Source: an uncultured Acidobacteriota bacterium (GTDB taxonomy: Bacteria > Acidobacteriota > UBA6911). From it: a stretch of DNA of 64,000 nucleotides. The stretch is taken from positions 27,753 to 91,752 of the forward strand of contig CAWEJX010000014.1 of NCBI GenBank assembly GCA_963809485.1, written 5' to 3'. The notes under the pieces were generated by a model. That model saw only the letters and a list, made by a program, of their open reading frames with translations. It ran no database searches and had not been told where the DNA came from. Shown here in pieces: positions 1 to 10,325 of the stretch. Each line of letters begins with the position of its first letter. The stretch's first letter is position 1. The position numbers and the translations under genes are program-made.

Positions 1-48
1 TGTCTGACTAGGTTGTTTGACTATTTCTCGCGGAGTGGAGAGGCTGCC

Positions 49-2193
49 ATGAACAGTAGGTATCTTCGGTTGGTAGCGGCGATTCTATCGTTGCTTTTGT
101 TTTCGTTTTCAGGCTTTGCCCAGCAACAGACAAAGAAGCGCTGGCATGCCGCCAGTTTTGACGGAACTTCCGGATTGTTCAAAACTTGGGATGCCGAGAC
201 ATTGAGGCAAGGCGAATTTAACTTTTCGGCAGGTTGGGATCAATTCCAGCGTGATCCCGGCCAACTGACCATTGGAAGGCTCCCTCTCGGTGCTGCGATT
301 GGCATGTGGGACCGGTTCGAGCTTTTCGCGGGGTGGGACATTCAAAGAAACATCGATCCGGATAATATCCGGTATCACCGTTTGCTTCCCGGCGATTATC
401 CGATTCCGGCCCAGACGCCTACAGGAGTTCAGTATTTTTCCCAGGTGGCTCCGTTCATTGATGTGCCCGAAGCAATGGGTGTCAGCGATATGCGCCTTGG
501 TTTGAAATTCAACATGCTTTCCGAGCGCAGGGGCGACCCGGTCAGCATAGCCCTGACAGGCATAGGCCTGTTCCCGGGACAGCTGGACAAGATTGGTCTT
601 AACCGAGGCTTATCTTCCGGCTCCTTCGGGGGAGGCTTCGCCTTCCTGCTGTCCAAAACGGCCGGTCAGGCGATACGCTTCCATGTGAATGTCGGACCAA
701 ACTTCTACACCGATCCCTCGGTTGACAAGCCGGTTCTGGCCGATCTTCAGAATGAGTTCGTCTATAAAGGAGGCGTAGAGTTCCCTGCATACAAACCCTA
801 CCGCTTCATCGCTGAATTGAGCGGGCTGAAATATTTCGGGGACGGTTCAACGGGATTGAACCCTGTTGACCCGATGGATCTGATCATCGGAATGCGGGTA
901 TTCCCGCGCGAATGGATCTCGCTGGGAGCGGGATATCAGGCGTCATTGAAACATGTCGACGACGACAGCTCGATTGGGGCTTTGGGCGCGGGATATAACG
1001 GCTTTGTGGTTCAGGGCACTCTCGGTTATCGCATCAACGATCCGCCGACGGTCAGCTGTGCCGTTGCCAAACAGACCATACTCCAGGAAGAAACAACCAC
1101 CATTCGTGCCAACGCGGTGGACCCGGACGGCGATGTGCTCAAATACAGCTGGACCTCGAGCGGAGGCAAGCTTTCCGGGCAGGATTCAACGGCCACCTTC
1201 GATGCAACAGGCGTCGCCCCCGGCAGATACACGGTTACGGGAACGGTTGCAGACAAGAAGCACGAGGCTACCTGCTCGACCGAGATTACGGTTTTGAAGA
1301 AGAATTACGCTCCGACTGTGAAACTCGTTCCTGCTTCGGCCGATGTTACGCAGGGTGACGCGGTGAGCTTCCGTTGCGACGGCACCGACGCCAACAACGA
1401 TCCGTTGACCTACACCTGGACGGTGAATGGACAGCCCCTGGCGGCTACAGGGCCTCAGATCACGTTCGGCACCGAAGGGCGCAATCCGGGCTCTTACACG
1501 GTGGCCTGCTCGGCCAGCGATGGCGAGGCTTCCGGCAGCGCATCGTCCAACGTGACAGTCCGGGAACGGATTATTCCCAACAAGCCGCCGACGATCGAGT
1601 GCCTGACCACCACGATGGATGTGGCTTCCGGCAGTTCGATAGATCTGCGGGCCAGGGCGGCGGATCCGGACGGAGACAAACTGAGCTACAGCTGGACCTC
1701 GACGGGCGGTTCGGTGAGTGGAACGGGCGAAGCGGCATCGTTCAACGCATCGGGCGTCAAGGCGGGCAGCTATACGGTGACCGTGACGGTGGACGACGGG
1801 CGGGGAGGCAAGGCGTCGTGCAGCATGACGGTGAATGTCTCCGAGCTGATCAGCGTGACCAAGGAGAAATGCGGCTACTTCGCGCATGGCGGTGTGCGGG
1901 TGGATAATTGCGCCAAGGCCATCCTGGACGATCTTGCGGTCCGGATGAAGAACGATCCCAAGCTGCGGGCAAATATCATAGGATACACGGATGCGTCGGG
2001 ATATGAAAAGTCCCGGAAGGGCCTTGGAGAAAAGCGCGCCAAGGCGATGGCAACGTATCTCGAGAAACAGGGTGTCGAAGCTTCGCGGTTAACCATCACC
2101 GACGGAGGCGTCAACAATCCGGTGGGAGATAACAAAACTGCCAAGGGCCGTACTCTCAACCGCCGCGTAGAGATCGAACTCACGGCGCGGTAA
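49..2193 (+). CDS. OmpA-family outer-membrane protein with N-terminal barrel-like region, three PKD/Ig-like repeats and C-terminal peptidoglycan-binding domain
   Basis: Signal peptide; three repeats of DPDGD.L.YSW...GG..SG...F...PG.YTV; C-terminal IIGYTD...KRAKA...NRRVEI OmpA motif; GGAGAGG before ATG 49. Confidence 0.85.
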   Translation: MNSRYLRLVAAILSLLLFSFSGFAQQQTKKRWHAASFDGTSGLFKTWDAETLRQGEFNFSAGWDQFQRDPGQLTIGRLPLGAAIGMWDRFELFAGWDIQRNIDPDNIRYHRLLPGDYPIPAQTPTGVQYFSQVAPFIDVPEAMGVSDMRLGLKFNMLSERRGDPVSIALTGIGLFPGQLDKIGLNRGLSSGSFGGGFAFLLSKTAGQAIRFHVNVGPNFYTDPSVDKPVLADLQNEFVYKGGVEFPAYKPYRFIAELSGLKYFGDGSTGLNPVDPMDLIIGMRVFPREWISLGAGYQASLKHVDDDSSIGALGAGYNGFVVQGTLGYRINDPPTVSCAVAKQTILQEETTTIRANAVDPDGDVLKYSWTSSGGKLSGQDSTATFDATGVAPGRYTVTGTVADKKHEATCSTEITVLKKNYAPTVKLVPASADVTQGDAVSFRCDGTDANNDPLTYTWTVNGQPLAATGPQITFGTEGRNPGSYTVACSASDGEASGSASSNVTVRERIIPNKPPTIECLTTTMDVASGSSIDLRARAADPDGDKLSYSWTSTGGSVSGTGEAASFNASGVKAGSYTVTVTVDDGRGGKASCSMTVNVSELISVTKEKCGYFAHGGVRVDNCAKAILDDLAVRMKNDPKLRANIIGYTDASGYEKSRKGLGEKRAKAMATYLEKQGVEASRLTITDGGVNNPVGDNKTAKGRTLNRRVEIELTAR

Positions 2194-2201
2194 AGCCAAT
2201 T

Positions 2202-4217
2202 TTGGTTTCGAATGACGGGTGGCGAATTTCGATGTCTTCGTCACCCGTCATTTCCCAAGTGCACCTGCAACATTTCATAAGCGGACGCATGCGTTTTCGC
2301 CTCATCCTTCTTCTCGCTGCAGCTCTGTCAAACAGCACATTTTTAATACAGGCCGAAGGCAGCCTGACGTCGGTTCGCTTTGAACGGATCGGCCCATTCG
2401 GGGGTGATGTCCGTTCTTTGCTCCTCGACGTTCAAAGGCCGGACATTGCCTATCTGGGAACCAGCAACGGCAGGATCTTCAAATCCTCCGACTCGGGCGA
2501 CTCCTGGAAAGCTTTATCGCCGGGAATCGGGTCCCGCGAATATGTCATTGACACCCTGGTTCAACACCCTACTGATCGGGAGCATATTTACGCCGGCGCA
2601 TGGGACCTGCATTCGGAGGGAGGCGGACTGTTCCAATCCCGCGATGGCGGACTGAAATGGTCCCGGATGATGATCTCGCAGTCGCCTTCGGCCGTAAGGG
2701 GATTTGCGATCTGCAAAAGCGCTCCCGACCGGATGATTGTCGGAACGTTGATGGGGGCCTATGTCAGCGCCGATGGCGGCCAGGTCTGGAAAAAGGTCGG
2801 CGCCGGTGTATTTCAGAAAGTTGAATCCGTGGCCATCGATCCGGCCGACGGCAGCATCCTTTATGTGGGAACCTGGCGGCTCGGATACAAGTCGACGGAC
2901 TTCGGCAAAACCTGGAGCCTCATGGCAAAAGGAATGCCACTTGATTCGGACCTTTTTTCCATTTCGATCAACCCGCAAAATCCGGAAATCATTTACTCGA
3001 GCGCCTGCTCGGGTGTTTACCGTTCTGCCAACCGGGCGCAATCATGGGCCCGTCTTAAAATTCTGCCGGACCGCTTTACTATAAGAGCCCACATCATCCA
3101 TGTAGATCCTGTAAATCCCCGCAGGATATACAGCGGCACGACGGAAGGACTGTACGTCAGCGACAACGAAGGCAAAACGTGGCAGCGCCTGACATCCAAA
3201 GATGTCACGGTGAATGCGATACAGGTGGACAGCAGCGATAATCGGCGCATCCTCATGGGCACGGAGTACCAGGGCCTTCTGTCGAGCAGGGATGGAGGGC
3301 GGACCTGGAAGGAATCCAATACGGGCTTTATAAATAAGCGCGTTTCCTGGCTGATCCCGGATCCTCAGGCGCCCGATAAATTTCTGGCCGGCGTTTCGTC
3401 CGGCGCAGGCGGCCTGTACCAATACGACAACTCGGCCGGCAATTGGGCGCTTTCGCAGATCGTGCCGGGCATGCGGATTCTGTGTTTTCTGGTTCTGCCT
3501 GAGAACCGCGGGAGCCTTGCGGGCACCTCTCAGGGATTATACTGGCGGCCTGGGGGATCGGACCGCTGGAAAAAGCTGGACGGCTCCATTGCAAAGCGCA
3601 CGATTTACAGCCTCGCCCTGGATCAGGCAAGCACGGTTGTATATGCGGGCACGGACCGGGGTATTTTCCGGACCTCTCTGGAAGCGCTCAACTTCAGGCT
3701 GCCCCCGGGCTATCGGCTGAGCCCGCAGGCATGGAATATCTATACTCCCAAAAATGTGCCCGGAACCGTATATGCCGGAACAAGCCTGGGACTGCTGCGG
3801 TCCTGGGATAAGGGCACGACCTGGAATGTGATTTCGGCGTACGGCCTGCCTTCGAATGCGACACTGGACGCCATTGCCGTGTCTCCGTCCAACAAGGATC
3901 ATTTATTTGCAGGCACCTCAGCCGGCCTTTTCGAGTCGATAAACGGCGGAGTGCACTGGCGGCAGGCGGGCGACGGAAGAATGGGCGTGGCCATTTCATC
4001 GGTTGTTTTTATGGATGAGTCCGGCGATGCCATCCTGGCTGCCGATAAAACGGCAGGCGGCCTTTTCTATTCAAAAACCGGCGGTCAGACGTGGGAAAAA
4101 ATTGCCGATCCTTCCTGTGAATCGCCCATTTATTGCCTCGTAAAAGATCCGCAGAAACCTTCCGTCCTCTACATGGGCACACGCACGGATGGAGTGTACC
4201 GGCTTGAGCTGCACTAA
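2202..4217 (+). CDS. Secreted BNR/Asp-box beta-propeller protein (VPS10/Ycf48-like); true start probably downstream of 2202
   Basis: Many S.D.G.TW Asp-box repeats (SSDSGDSW, SRDGGLKW, STDFGKTW, SWDKGTTW). Confidence 0.8.
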   Translation: MVSNDGWRISMSSSPVISQVHLQHFISGRMRFRLILLLAAALSNSTFLIQAEGSLTSVRFERIGPFGGDVRSLLLDVQRPDIAYLGTSNGRIFKSSDSGDSWKALSPGIGSREYVIDTLVQHPTDREHIYAGAWDLHSEGGGLFQSRDGGLKWSRMMISQSPSAVRGFAICKSAPDRMIVGTLMGAYVSADGGQVWKKVGAGVFQKVESVAIDPADGSILYVGTWRLGYKSTDFGKTWSLMAKGMPLDSDLFSISINPQNPEIIYSSACSGVYRSANRAQSWARLKILPDRFTIRAHIIHVDPVNPRRIYSGTTEGLYVSDNEGKTWQRLTSKDVTVNAIQVDSSDNRRILMGTEYQGLLSSRDGGRTWKESNTGFINKRVSWLIPDPQAPDKFLAGVSSGAGGLYQYDNSAGNWALSQIVPGMRILCFLVLPENRGSLAGTSQGLYWRPGGSDRWKKLDGSIAKRTIYSLALDQASTVVYAGTDRGIFRTSLEALNFRLPPGYRLSPQAWNIYTPKNVPGTVYAGTSLGLLRSWDKGTTWNVISAYGLPSNATLDAIAVSPSNKDHLFAGTSAGLFESINGGVHWRQAGDGRMGVAISSVVFMDESGDAILAADKTAGGLFYSKTGGQTWEKIADPSCESPIYCLVKDPQKPSVLYMGTRTDGVYRLELH

Positions 4218-4350
4218 ATCAGCCGTTGAACCATCTCTTTCCGCAGCATGCGAGCTGCAGCATTCCAATCCTTACGTTTAAGCTGAATTTCATGCAAGAT
4301 CCTCTTATTGATTGGGTGCCCCGCCGGCTCTTTCGGTGATTCGGTGTCCG

Positions 4351-4391
4351 TGAATATCGAATGTCGAATTTCGAATATCGAACCGCAGAAG
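4351..4391. repeat. Heptamer (GAATATC/GAATGTC/GAATTTC) repeat ending in GAACCGCAGAA, family copy 1
   Basis: tgaatatcgaatgtcgaatttcgaatatcgaaccgcagaa closely matches the reverse complement of the right arm of 34673-34761. Confidence 0.75.
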
Positions 4392-4421
4392 TTTGGCCGG
4401 ACTTTGAAATCTATTATTCTA

Positions 4422-4693
4422 ATTACATTGGTAAAGCCCCGGCTCTGCCGGGGGACTCAAAGAGTTTGACAGTTCCGTATTTTGAAACGCTGAGAAACGC
4501 TGATAAAAGCGCTGACAAACGCCGATTTGTTCGGCGAGGGTCGGCAAGCAAAAGCCGATGAGGCGATCCGCGCTGGCCCCTTGCGGGGATCGGAAGCGCC
4601 TCATCGGCTTTTGCCCGCGTAAGTCAGCGTTCAAGACCGGCGTAACTTCTGCAACCGCTTTGAGCGGTTCAAATCTTTCAAGCCGGCTTTGCC
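4422..4693 (+). mobile_element. MITE-like element with IS200/IS605-like ends, copy A (right hairpin truncated, nested palindrome)
   Basis: Shares ATTACATTGGTAAA-CCCCGGCTCTGCCGGGGG-ACTCAAAGAGTTTGACAG and AACCGCTTTGAGCGGTTCAAATCTTTCAAGCC with five other loci. Confidence 0.75.
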
Positions 4694-4893
4694 TCCCATA
4701 AGTTGCACTGATGCCCGTTGGAAAGGCCGGCAACTGTAAAACCCGGCTCTGCCGGAGAATGCTCACCCCGCCTTTGCGCTGAAGGTGCGAACGTTCGACG
4801 TTCATGGCGCCCACACAATTTGATATGATTGCCGTAGGTTGACGTCTATAGGGATATGCAGGCCGGCTGTCTGGCAATTCTGCAGAGGTTTTC

Positions 4894-7674
4894 ATGAACT
4901 GCAAGTCTGGGATCTGGAAGCGGATGATATTCGCCATTCTGCTTTCGCTTTGCATAGGCACAGCGCAGGTGCGGCAAGCCCCGAAGCGAACTGCGCCTGC
5001 CCGCTCCGCCCCTTTTCTGCAGCAGGCAAAATCCTATGAGGAAACGCCCTATGTTACCAGGGTCGTGCTGAAAAACGGCATGACGGTCCTGGTTAACGAG
5101 TTCAGGCCGCAGCCGGTTGTCTCAATTCAAGCCTATATCGGGACCGGATTCCTAGATGAACCGGCAAAATTCCCGGGAATCGCCCGGCTTGTTGCAGCCA
5201 TGGTGTGCAGAGGTTCTCCGGACAAGATCAAAGGCTCGCTCCGGCAGAATGTGCAGGCCCTGGGCGGTCTCCTGAATTGCTCGACCGATTACGGGAACAC
5301 CGTATTTGAAATCGTGGCTCCGTCATCCCAATGGAAAAGGGCCTTAAGCGTTCAAGCGGATTCCCTTTCCAATCCCGTCTTCGCGCAGGAAGCCATAAGC
5401 CTCGAAGCTGGATTGCTGGCGGGCGAGGCGGCGGGGGCAATGGACAATCCGCGCAAGCTTGCCTCCGCGAAACTGCTGGAATTGGGCTTTGATCAGCCGC
5501 GGATGAATCCGTGGGCGGGTCTTACCCGGGCTTCTTTGCTCAACCTGAAGCCGGAGGACCTGTCGGCTTTCCATAAGGCTGCCTACTCGCCCGAACGGAT
5601 CATGCTGGTGATCGCCGGAGATGTCAGTTCCAGCGAGGTCCTGAACGAAGTGGTGCGGATCTATGATCAAAAGCCTGCGCCTGTCGCCTTGAGACCCTCG
5701 CCTTCGTTCATTCCGGGAGCTCCGGGAAGCTTCCGCTACGCCCGGATGGCGGGAGCATCGGCAATGCCCCAACTGCTTTTCGGATTTCAAACCGTCCCGG
5801 GCAATTCCCGGGAATTTCCGGCTGTGAAGGTTCTGAGCGCCATCCTGGGAATGGGAGAAAATTCCATCCTTGCGGCGCGGCTGAGAGACCGGAAGCGGCT
5901 GATCCTGGAAGAAGAAATAAACCTCACGGCGCATCCCAACTTCGGATACCTGACGATACGCCTGACGGTACAGCCCGAGGATATCGACCGCGCCGAAATT
6001 GCGGCATTGACCGAACTGGAATTGCTGAAGCGGGAGGAGCCGGACGCGGCCGAAATGGAGAGGGCATTCGCCCAACTGGAGCGCGCTTTCTGGACCAGCC
6101 TGGACTGTGTGACCGGAAGAGCCCTTGCCCTGGCCCATTTCCAGTCGATGGGAGACTGGAAGCTCAAGGACCGATACATCTCCGACCTCCGGCAGGTTAA
6201 ACCCGGCGATGTCATGCGTGCAGCCGGCAAGTACCTGCGCCTGGAAAACTGCTCTCTGATTGAAGTCCTTCCCGCCGGCGCAGAAGATCGCAAGCTCACG
6301 ACGGAGGGAATCCGGAACACGCTGGAAGGCCTTATTGCTCCATCCGCCGAACAGGAAAAACTCGAACGGGATAAAGAGATCGTTCTTGCGGTGAATATTC
6401 CCCCAAGCACAGGCAGTTTCAAATTCAATGAGATACGTTATCCGTTTATAACGGCTTCCATATTGCGCGGGCCCGACATGTATGTTCGCGAAGACCACAC
6501 GAGCCCGCTGATCGATATGGGCATTTTCCTGCCCGGAGGCGTACCGGATGAGGATGAGGGGAATTCGGGTGTCACGAGCCTGATGGCACGCCTGATGATT
6601 CGTGGCGCCAAAGACCAGTCTGCTTCCCGGTTTCTGCGTCAGATGGAGGTCTATGGCGGTCAGGTTCAGCCGGTCATAACCCCGGATTATTTCGGTCTCC
6701 ATTTCTCAATACTGTCCAGGAATTTCGAGCCGGGACTGAAACTGCTGCTGGAGTCGATACGAAATCCCGCCTTTGACAATGAGGAGATCGTTCTTCAGAA
6801 GAGGATACAATCCGCGAAGATCCGCAATCGAGCCGATTCCACGGCTGGTGTGCGGGAGCTTATGAATCAGGCTTTGTTCGGGAACTCCCACTACTCTTCG
6901 AGTGTCGAGGGGAGCGAGGGGAGCCTGGCCGCAATCACTCCCGCAGCAATCCAGAGCTGGTATGAGTCTCATGTAAGAAACCGCAAGCCCATCGCTATCG
7001 CCATCGGTGACACGCAGGGAGCAAGCCTGGCTTCCTACTTTGTTCGTCCTTTCAGCGGAACCCGAATGCAGAATGCCAGGATCCCCGAAGAATTCGCCAA
7101 ACCTGTGGAAAAAGCAGAATCCCTGGACAGAGGGTGGGACAGGAACCATAGCCTGATTTTGGTTGGATTCCAGGCTCCCCCGGAGGATGATGAGGACGGA
7201 AATGCAGCCGCCGTTTTGGAAAGCTTTGCCGGGGATCCGGGAAGGTTTGCGCAGGAGTTGAGGGACAGGCTGGGCCTCGCCTTCAAGGTCGCCGTGACCT
7301 ATGATGCGCAGCTGAGAGGCGGAAGCATGGTGTTAAGTGCGGCCACAGCTCCCGGAAACGAGGACGCTCTGCTCAAGGCTGTTCAGGAGGAAATACGCCG
7401 TATCCGGGAGGACCCGATCCCATACCGCGAATACCGGTCGGCTGTGAATGCTGCAGCCGGCGCCTTCTGGATCCGGAGCCAGGCGCGATTTCAGCAGATA
7501 CCGGATATTCTGAAAAAACTGTTGGCCGGCAAAGGCATGGACGCGTATCAGAACGTGCCCGCCGGCATTCAGGAAGTGCAGGAAGAGGACCTGAAGGAAG
7601 TTGCCCAAAGGATCCTCAACATGAACAGGGCCGTAATTCTGCGCATGAAGGGGCGATCCGGCATAAATCCCTGA
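4894..7674 (+). CDS. M16 (insulinase/pitrilysin) family peptidase-like protein, two fused halves, zinc motif absent
   Basis: VLKNGMTVLV...PVVSIQ..GTGFLDEP...PGIA M16 N-terminus, repeated in the second half; signal peptide. Confidence 0.8.
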   Translation: MNCKSGIWKRMIFAILLSLCIGTAQVRQAPKRTAPARSAPFLQQAKSYEETPYVTRVVLKNGMTVLVNEFRPQPVVSIQAYIGTGFLDEPAKFPGIARLVAAMVCRGSPDKIKGSLRQNVQALGGLLNCSTDYGNTVFEIVAPSSQWKRALSVQADSLSNPVFAQEAISLEAGLLAGEAAGAMDNPRKLASAKLLELGFDQPRMNPWAGLTRASLLNLKPEDLSAFHKAAYSPERIMLVIAGDVSSSEVLNEVVRIYDQKPAPVALRPSPSFIPGAPGSFRYARMAGASAMPQLLFGFQTVPGNSREFPAVKVLSAILGMGENSILAARLRDRKRLILEEEINLTAHPNFGYLTIRLTVQPEDIDRAEIAALTELELLKREEPDAAEMERAFAQLERAFWTSLDCVTGRALALAHFQSMGDWKLKDRYISDLRQVKPGDVMRAAGKYLRLENCSLIEVLPAGAEDRKLTTEGIRNTLEGLIAPSAEQEKLERDKEIVLAVNIPPSTGSFKFNEIRYPFITASILRGPDMYVREDHTSPLIDMGIFLPGGVPDEDEGNSGVTSLMARLMIRGAKDQSASRFLRQMEVYGGQVQPVITPDYFGLHFSILSRNFEPGLKLLLESIRNPAFDNEEIVLQKRIQSAKIRNRADSTAGVRELMNQALFGNSHYSSSVEGSEGSLAAITPAAIQSWYESHVRNRKPIAIAIGDTQGASLASYFVRPFSGTRMQNARIPEEFAKPVEKAESLDRGWDRNHSLILVGFQAPPEDDEDGNAAAVLESFAGDPGRFAQELRDRLGLAFKVAVTYDAQLRGGSMVLSAATAPGNEDALLKAVQEEIRRIREDPIPYREYRSAVNAAAGAFWIRSQARFQQIPDILKKLLAGKGMDAYQNVPAGIQEVQEEDLKEVAQRILNMNRAVILRMKGRSGINP

Positions 7675-7866
7675 TCCGGTATTTGCAATGCTGCCTCAAA
7701 CCGTCATAAGACAAAAGGACGCCTGAATATGTATTTCCGGGGGCCCGAACGCCGTATTTATAGGGTGCGCGCGAAGCAGACGAAGGAGAGACCGGTTTCG
7801 GGATATGATCAGGATGCGTCTGCCGGCTGCAGCTGCGCCGCAAAGCCCATGCGCCAGGAGGGGTAA

Positions 7867-9948
7867 GTGCAACGGCTCATCCCGAAAACACGGATGGGAA
7901 TTTTTGCATTGATCGTGGCCGCATTGTGGCTTCTCGGATTGTTTTTCAGCGGCACCGGAATCGCCAATGCATCGCCGGTCCTCAGCTTTTTTCTAAGCCT
8001 GCTCGCTTTTCTTCTTTGTATTCCCGCCGTTTACTACCTCTGGAAGCTCTCCAGGTTTTTGCGCCGAAGATTTCTGTGGAAGATCCGGCGCCGCCTGATA
8101 CTCGTTCATGTTTTTATCGGAGCGATCCCGATACTTTTGATAATCGGCATCTTCTATGTCTCGGCGCTTCTGTTCTACTATCAGTTGAGCTATTACCTGA
8201 TTTCCAATCAGATCGGGATCCATGCAGCGCAAATCCATGCCTTCAATCTGTCCCTCAGGGACGGGCTGGATGAACTGCTGGCTTCGGCATCCTCCCCCAA
8301 CCCTTCAAGCCTGAGAAGGCAGCTGGATGCGGATGTCAAATATGTTTTGGGAGCCTACCCCTCTGCGTCGGTCATCCTCCGATACACAGATCCGGCAACG
8401 GATAAAGTGAGTACCTATGTCAATCAGAGCGGGGGCGGCGGGCAGCTCGGGGAATACCAGGTTCCCAGATGGCTGGCCGGCAGAGAATTCAGCGGACTCG
8501 CTCTCGAAGACCTGCAGCCACAGCTCTATAAAGGAAAACTGTTTCTCAGGAGCTTCGTTTCCAGCGATTTCCGGCCCGATCTGCCGTTCAGCCTCGAGGT
8601 CTCGGTCCCCTTTGACCGGTACCTTCTGGGCAGGCTGAAAGCGGCTTTGGGACAGGACTATGTTTTGGCCGGTCAGGTCCGGGATAGCGGAAGGAACCTC
8701 ATGCTTCAGAACGCGGACCAGCTCAGAGAAAACATCGTCGATTCAACCTTCGAACCTGAAACCAGGGGCCTTGTCTCCAGTCCCGTGTGGTCCATACTGC
8801 TTTTTCCCACATCCTGGACCAGCGGGATGGAAACAAGTGCCGATTCGGACGTGCTTCTCGTAGAACTGTCGACCTCGAAGCTTATGCAGAATGTTTTCCG
8901 CCCCGAAAGCAGCGTCGGAAAAATCATACTGGGCGTTTTGAAGACCGTCGTCGTGTTTTTCCTTGTCGTAGAGATCATTTCGATAGTGCTGGGCATTGTG
9001 CTCACGAAGTCGATCACCAATGCCGTTCACAGCCTGGACCGCGGAACCGAGTTTTTGAAGCGGGGCGATTTCAGCCAGCGCATCGTAGTCAGGTCCGACG
9101 ACCAGCTCGGTTCACTCGCGGATTCTTTCAACCAGATGACGGAATATATTCAGCGCCTTGTGAAGGAAAGCGTCCAGAAAGAGCGGCTGGAGCGCGAGCT
9201 CGAAATCGCTAAAGACGTTCAGGAGCGGCTCTTCCCGGACAGTGCGCCCCAAATGGATCGGATGGATATTGCCGGCATTTGCCTGCCCGCCAGAATCGTC
9301 AGCGGCGATTATTACGACTTTTTGACCCTCGGATCCCATGAACTGGGCCTTGCCGTCGGCGACATCTGCGGCAAGGGCATATCGGCCGCTTTGCTCATGG
9401 CGAACCTGCAGGCCACCCTCAGAAGCAATGTCATGAACCTGCGGTCGGTAGACATGGGCGAAGACAGAACCGTCGCGGGAGTCGTGGAGAGGCTGAACCG
9501 GCAGATCTACAGCTTCACGGCGGCCAACAAGTTCGCGTCCTTTTTCTATGCCGTCTATGACGACGTCCGTCAGACGCTGACCTACTGCAATGCCGGCCAC
9601 AATCCTCCTTTGTATTTCAACGGGAATCGTGTTCGGCGCCTGGATACGGGCGGCACGGTAGTCGGGATCTTCGAGGACGCTCAATACGACCAGGAAACCA
9701 TTCAAATGAAAAAGGGGGACCTTTTCCTCGCTTACACCGACGGAATCGTGGAATGCGTCAACGAATACGGGGAGGAATTCGGGGAGCGCCGCCTGATACA
9801 GTTGATCGAGGATAACCGCCACCTGGAGGCCGCAAACATTAAGGATAAAATCGTCGAGCAGGTGCAATCCTGGACGTTCGCGGAGGAACGGGAAGATGAT
9901 ATGACCCTAATTGTGGCAAGAATAGTTGATTTAAGAATAAATACATGA
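7867..9948 (+). CDS. Membrane HAMP + SpoIIE/PP2C phosphatase (RsbU-like)
   Basis: HAMP (DQLGSLADSFNQM); VSGDYYD, VGDICGKG, NAGHNPP, YTDGIVE and DDMT motifs. Confidence 0.9.
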   Translation: MQRLIPKTRMGIFALIVAALWLLGLFFSGTGIANASPVLSFFLSLLAFLLCIPAVYYLWKLSRFLRRRFLWKIRRRLILVHVFIGAIPILLIIGIFYVSALLFYYQLSYYLISNQIGIHAAQIHAFNLSLRDGLDELLASASSPNPSSLRRQLDADVKYVLGAYPSASVILRYTDPATDKVSTYVNQSGGGGQLGEYQVPRWLAGREFSGLALEDLQPQLYKGKLFLRSFVSSDFRPDLPFSLEVSVPFDRYLLGRLKAALGQDYVLAGQVRDSGRNLMLQNADQLRENIVDSTFEPETRGLVSSPVWSILLFPTSWTSGMETSADSDVLLVELSTSKLMQNVFRPESSVGKIILGVLKTVVVFFLVVEIISIVLGIVLTKSITNAVHSLDRGTEFLKRGDFSQRIVVRSDDQLGSLADSFNQMTEYIQRLVKESVQKERLERELEIAKDVQERLFPDSAPQMDRMDIAGICLPARIVSGDYYDFLTLGSHELGLAVGDICGKGISAALLMANLQATLRSNVMNLRSVDMGEDRTVAGVVERLNRQIYSFTAANKFASFFYAVYDDVRQTLTYCNAGHNPPLYFNGNRVRRLDTGGTVVGIFEDAQYDQETIQMKKGDLFLAYTDGIVECVNEYGEEFGERRLIQLIEDNRHLEAANIKDKIVEQVQSWTFAEEREDDMTLIVARIVDLRINT

Positions 9949-9994
9949 AATATTGAAAGTAATACATTAGCTATTTGAACGCGGCGGGAATGGC

Positions 9995-10022
9995 TTGACG
10001 CACGATATTTTTAGGACATAAT
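9995..10022 (+). promoter_or_regulatory. Candidate sigma70-type promoter (TTGACG-16-CATAAT) abutting MITE copy B
   Basis: Consensus-like hexamers upstream of the response regulator. Confidence 0.35.
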
Positions 10023-10258
10023 TACATCGGTAAAGCCCGGCTCTGCCGGGGGACTCAAAGAGTTTGACAGCTCCGTATTTTGAAACGCTGACGTACGCTG
10101 ACATGACGCTGACGTACGCTGAAAAAATATATAAATTTTTGTCGGCGTGGGTCGGCGTTCGTTCAGCGTGCGTCAGCGTTCAAGACCGGCGTAACTCCTC
10201 CAACCGCTTTGAGCGGTTCAAATCTTTCAGCCTCCGGTTTTGCCGAAGGTGCCTGACT
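10021..10258 (+). mobile_element. MITE-like element copy B (AT-loop core type)
   Basis: Both hairpin ends present, ends ...GGTGCCTGACT; nearly identical to copy C apart from an extra repeat unit. Confidence 0.8.
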
Positions 10259-10325
10259 TCTAATTTACCCCGGGATGGGTATTCCCGGTTTTCAGGCCCG
10301 GAATTTTGAGTCTCGAATCGCTTTT

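Noticed and set aside
10064-10309. Short ORFs in MITE copies (MTAPYFETL..., also 4361, 15922, 20136, 28141)
   Set aside because: Frames and lengths differ between copies, no RBS; by-products of the repeat
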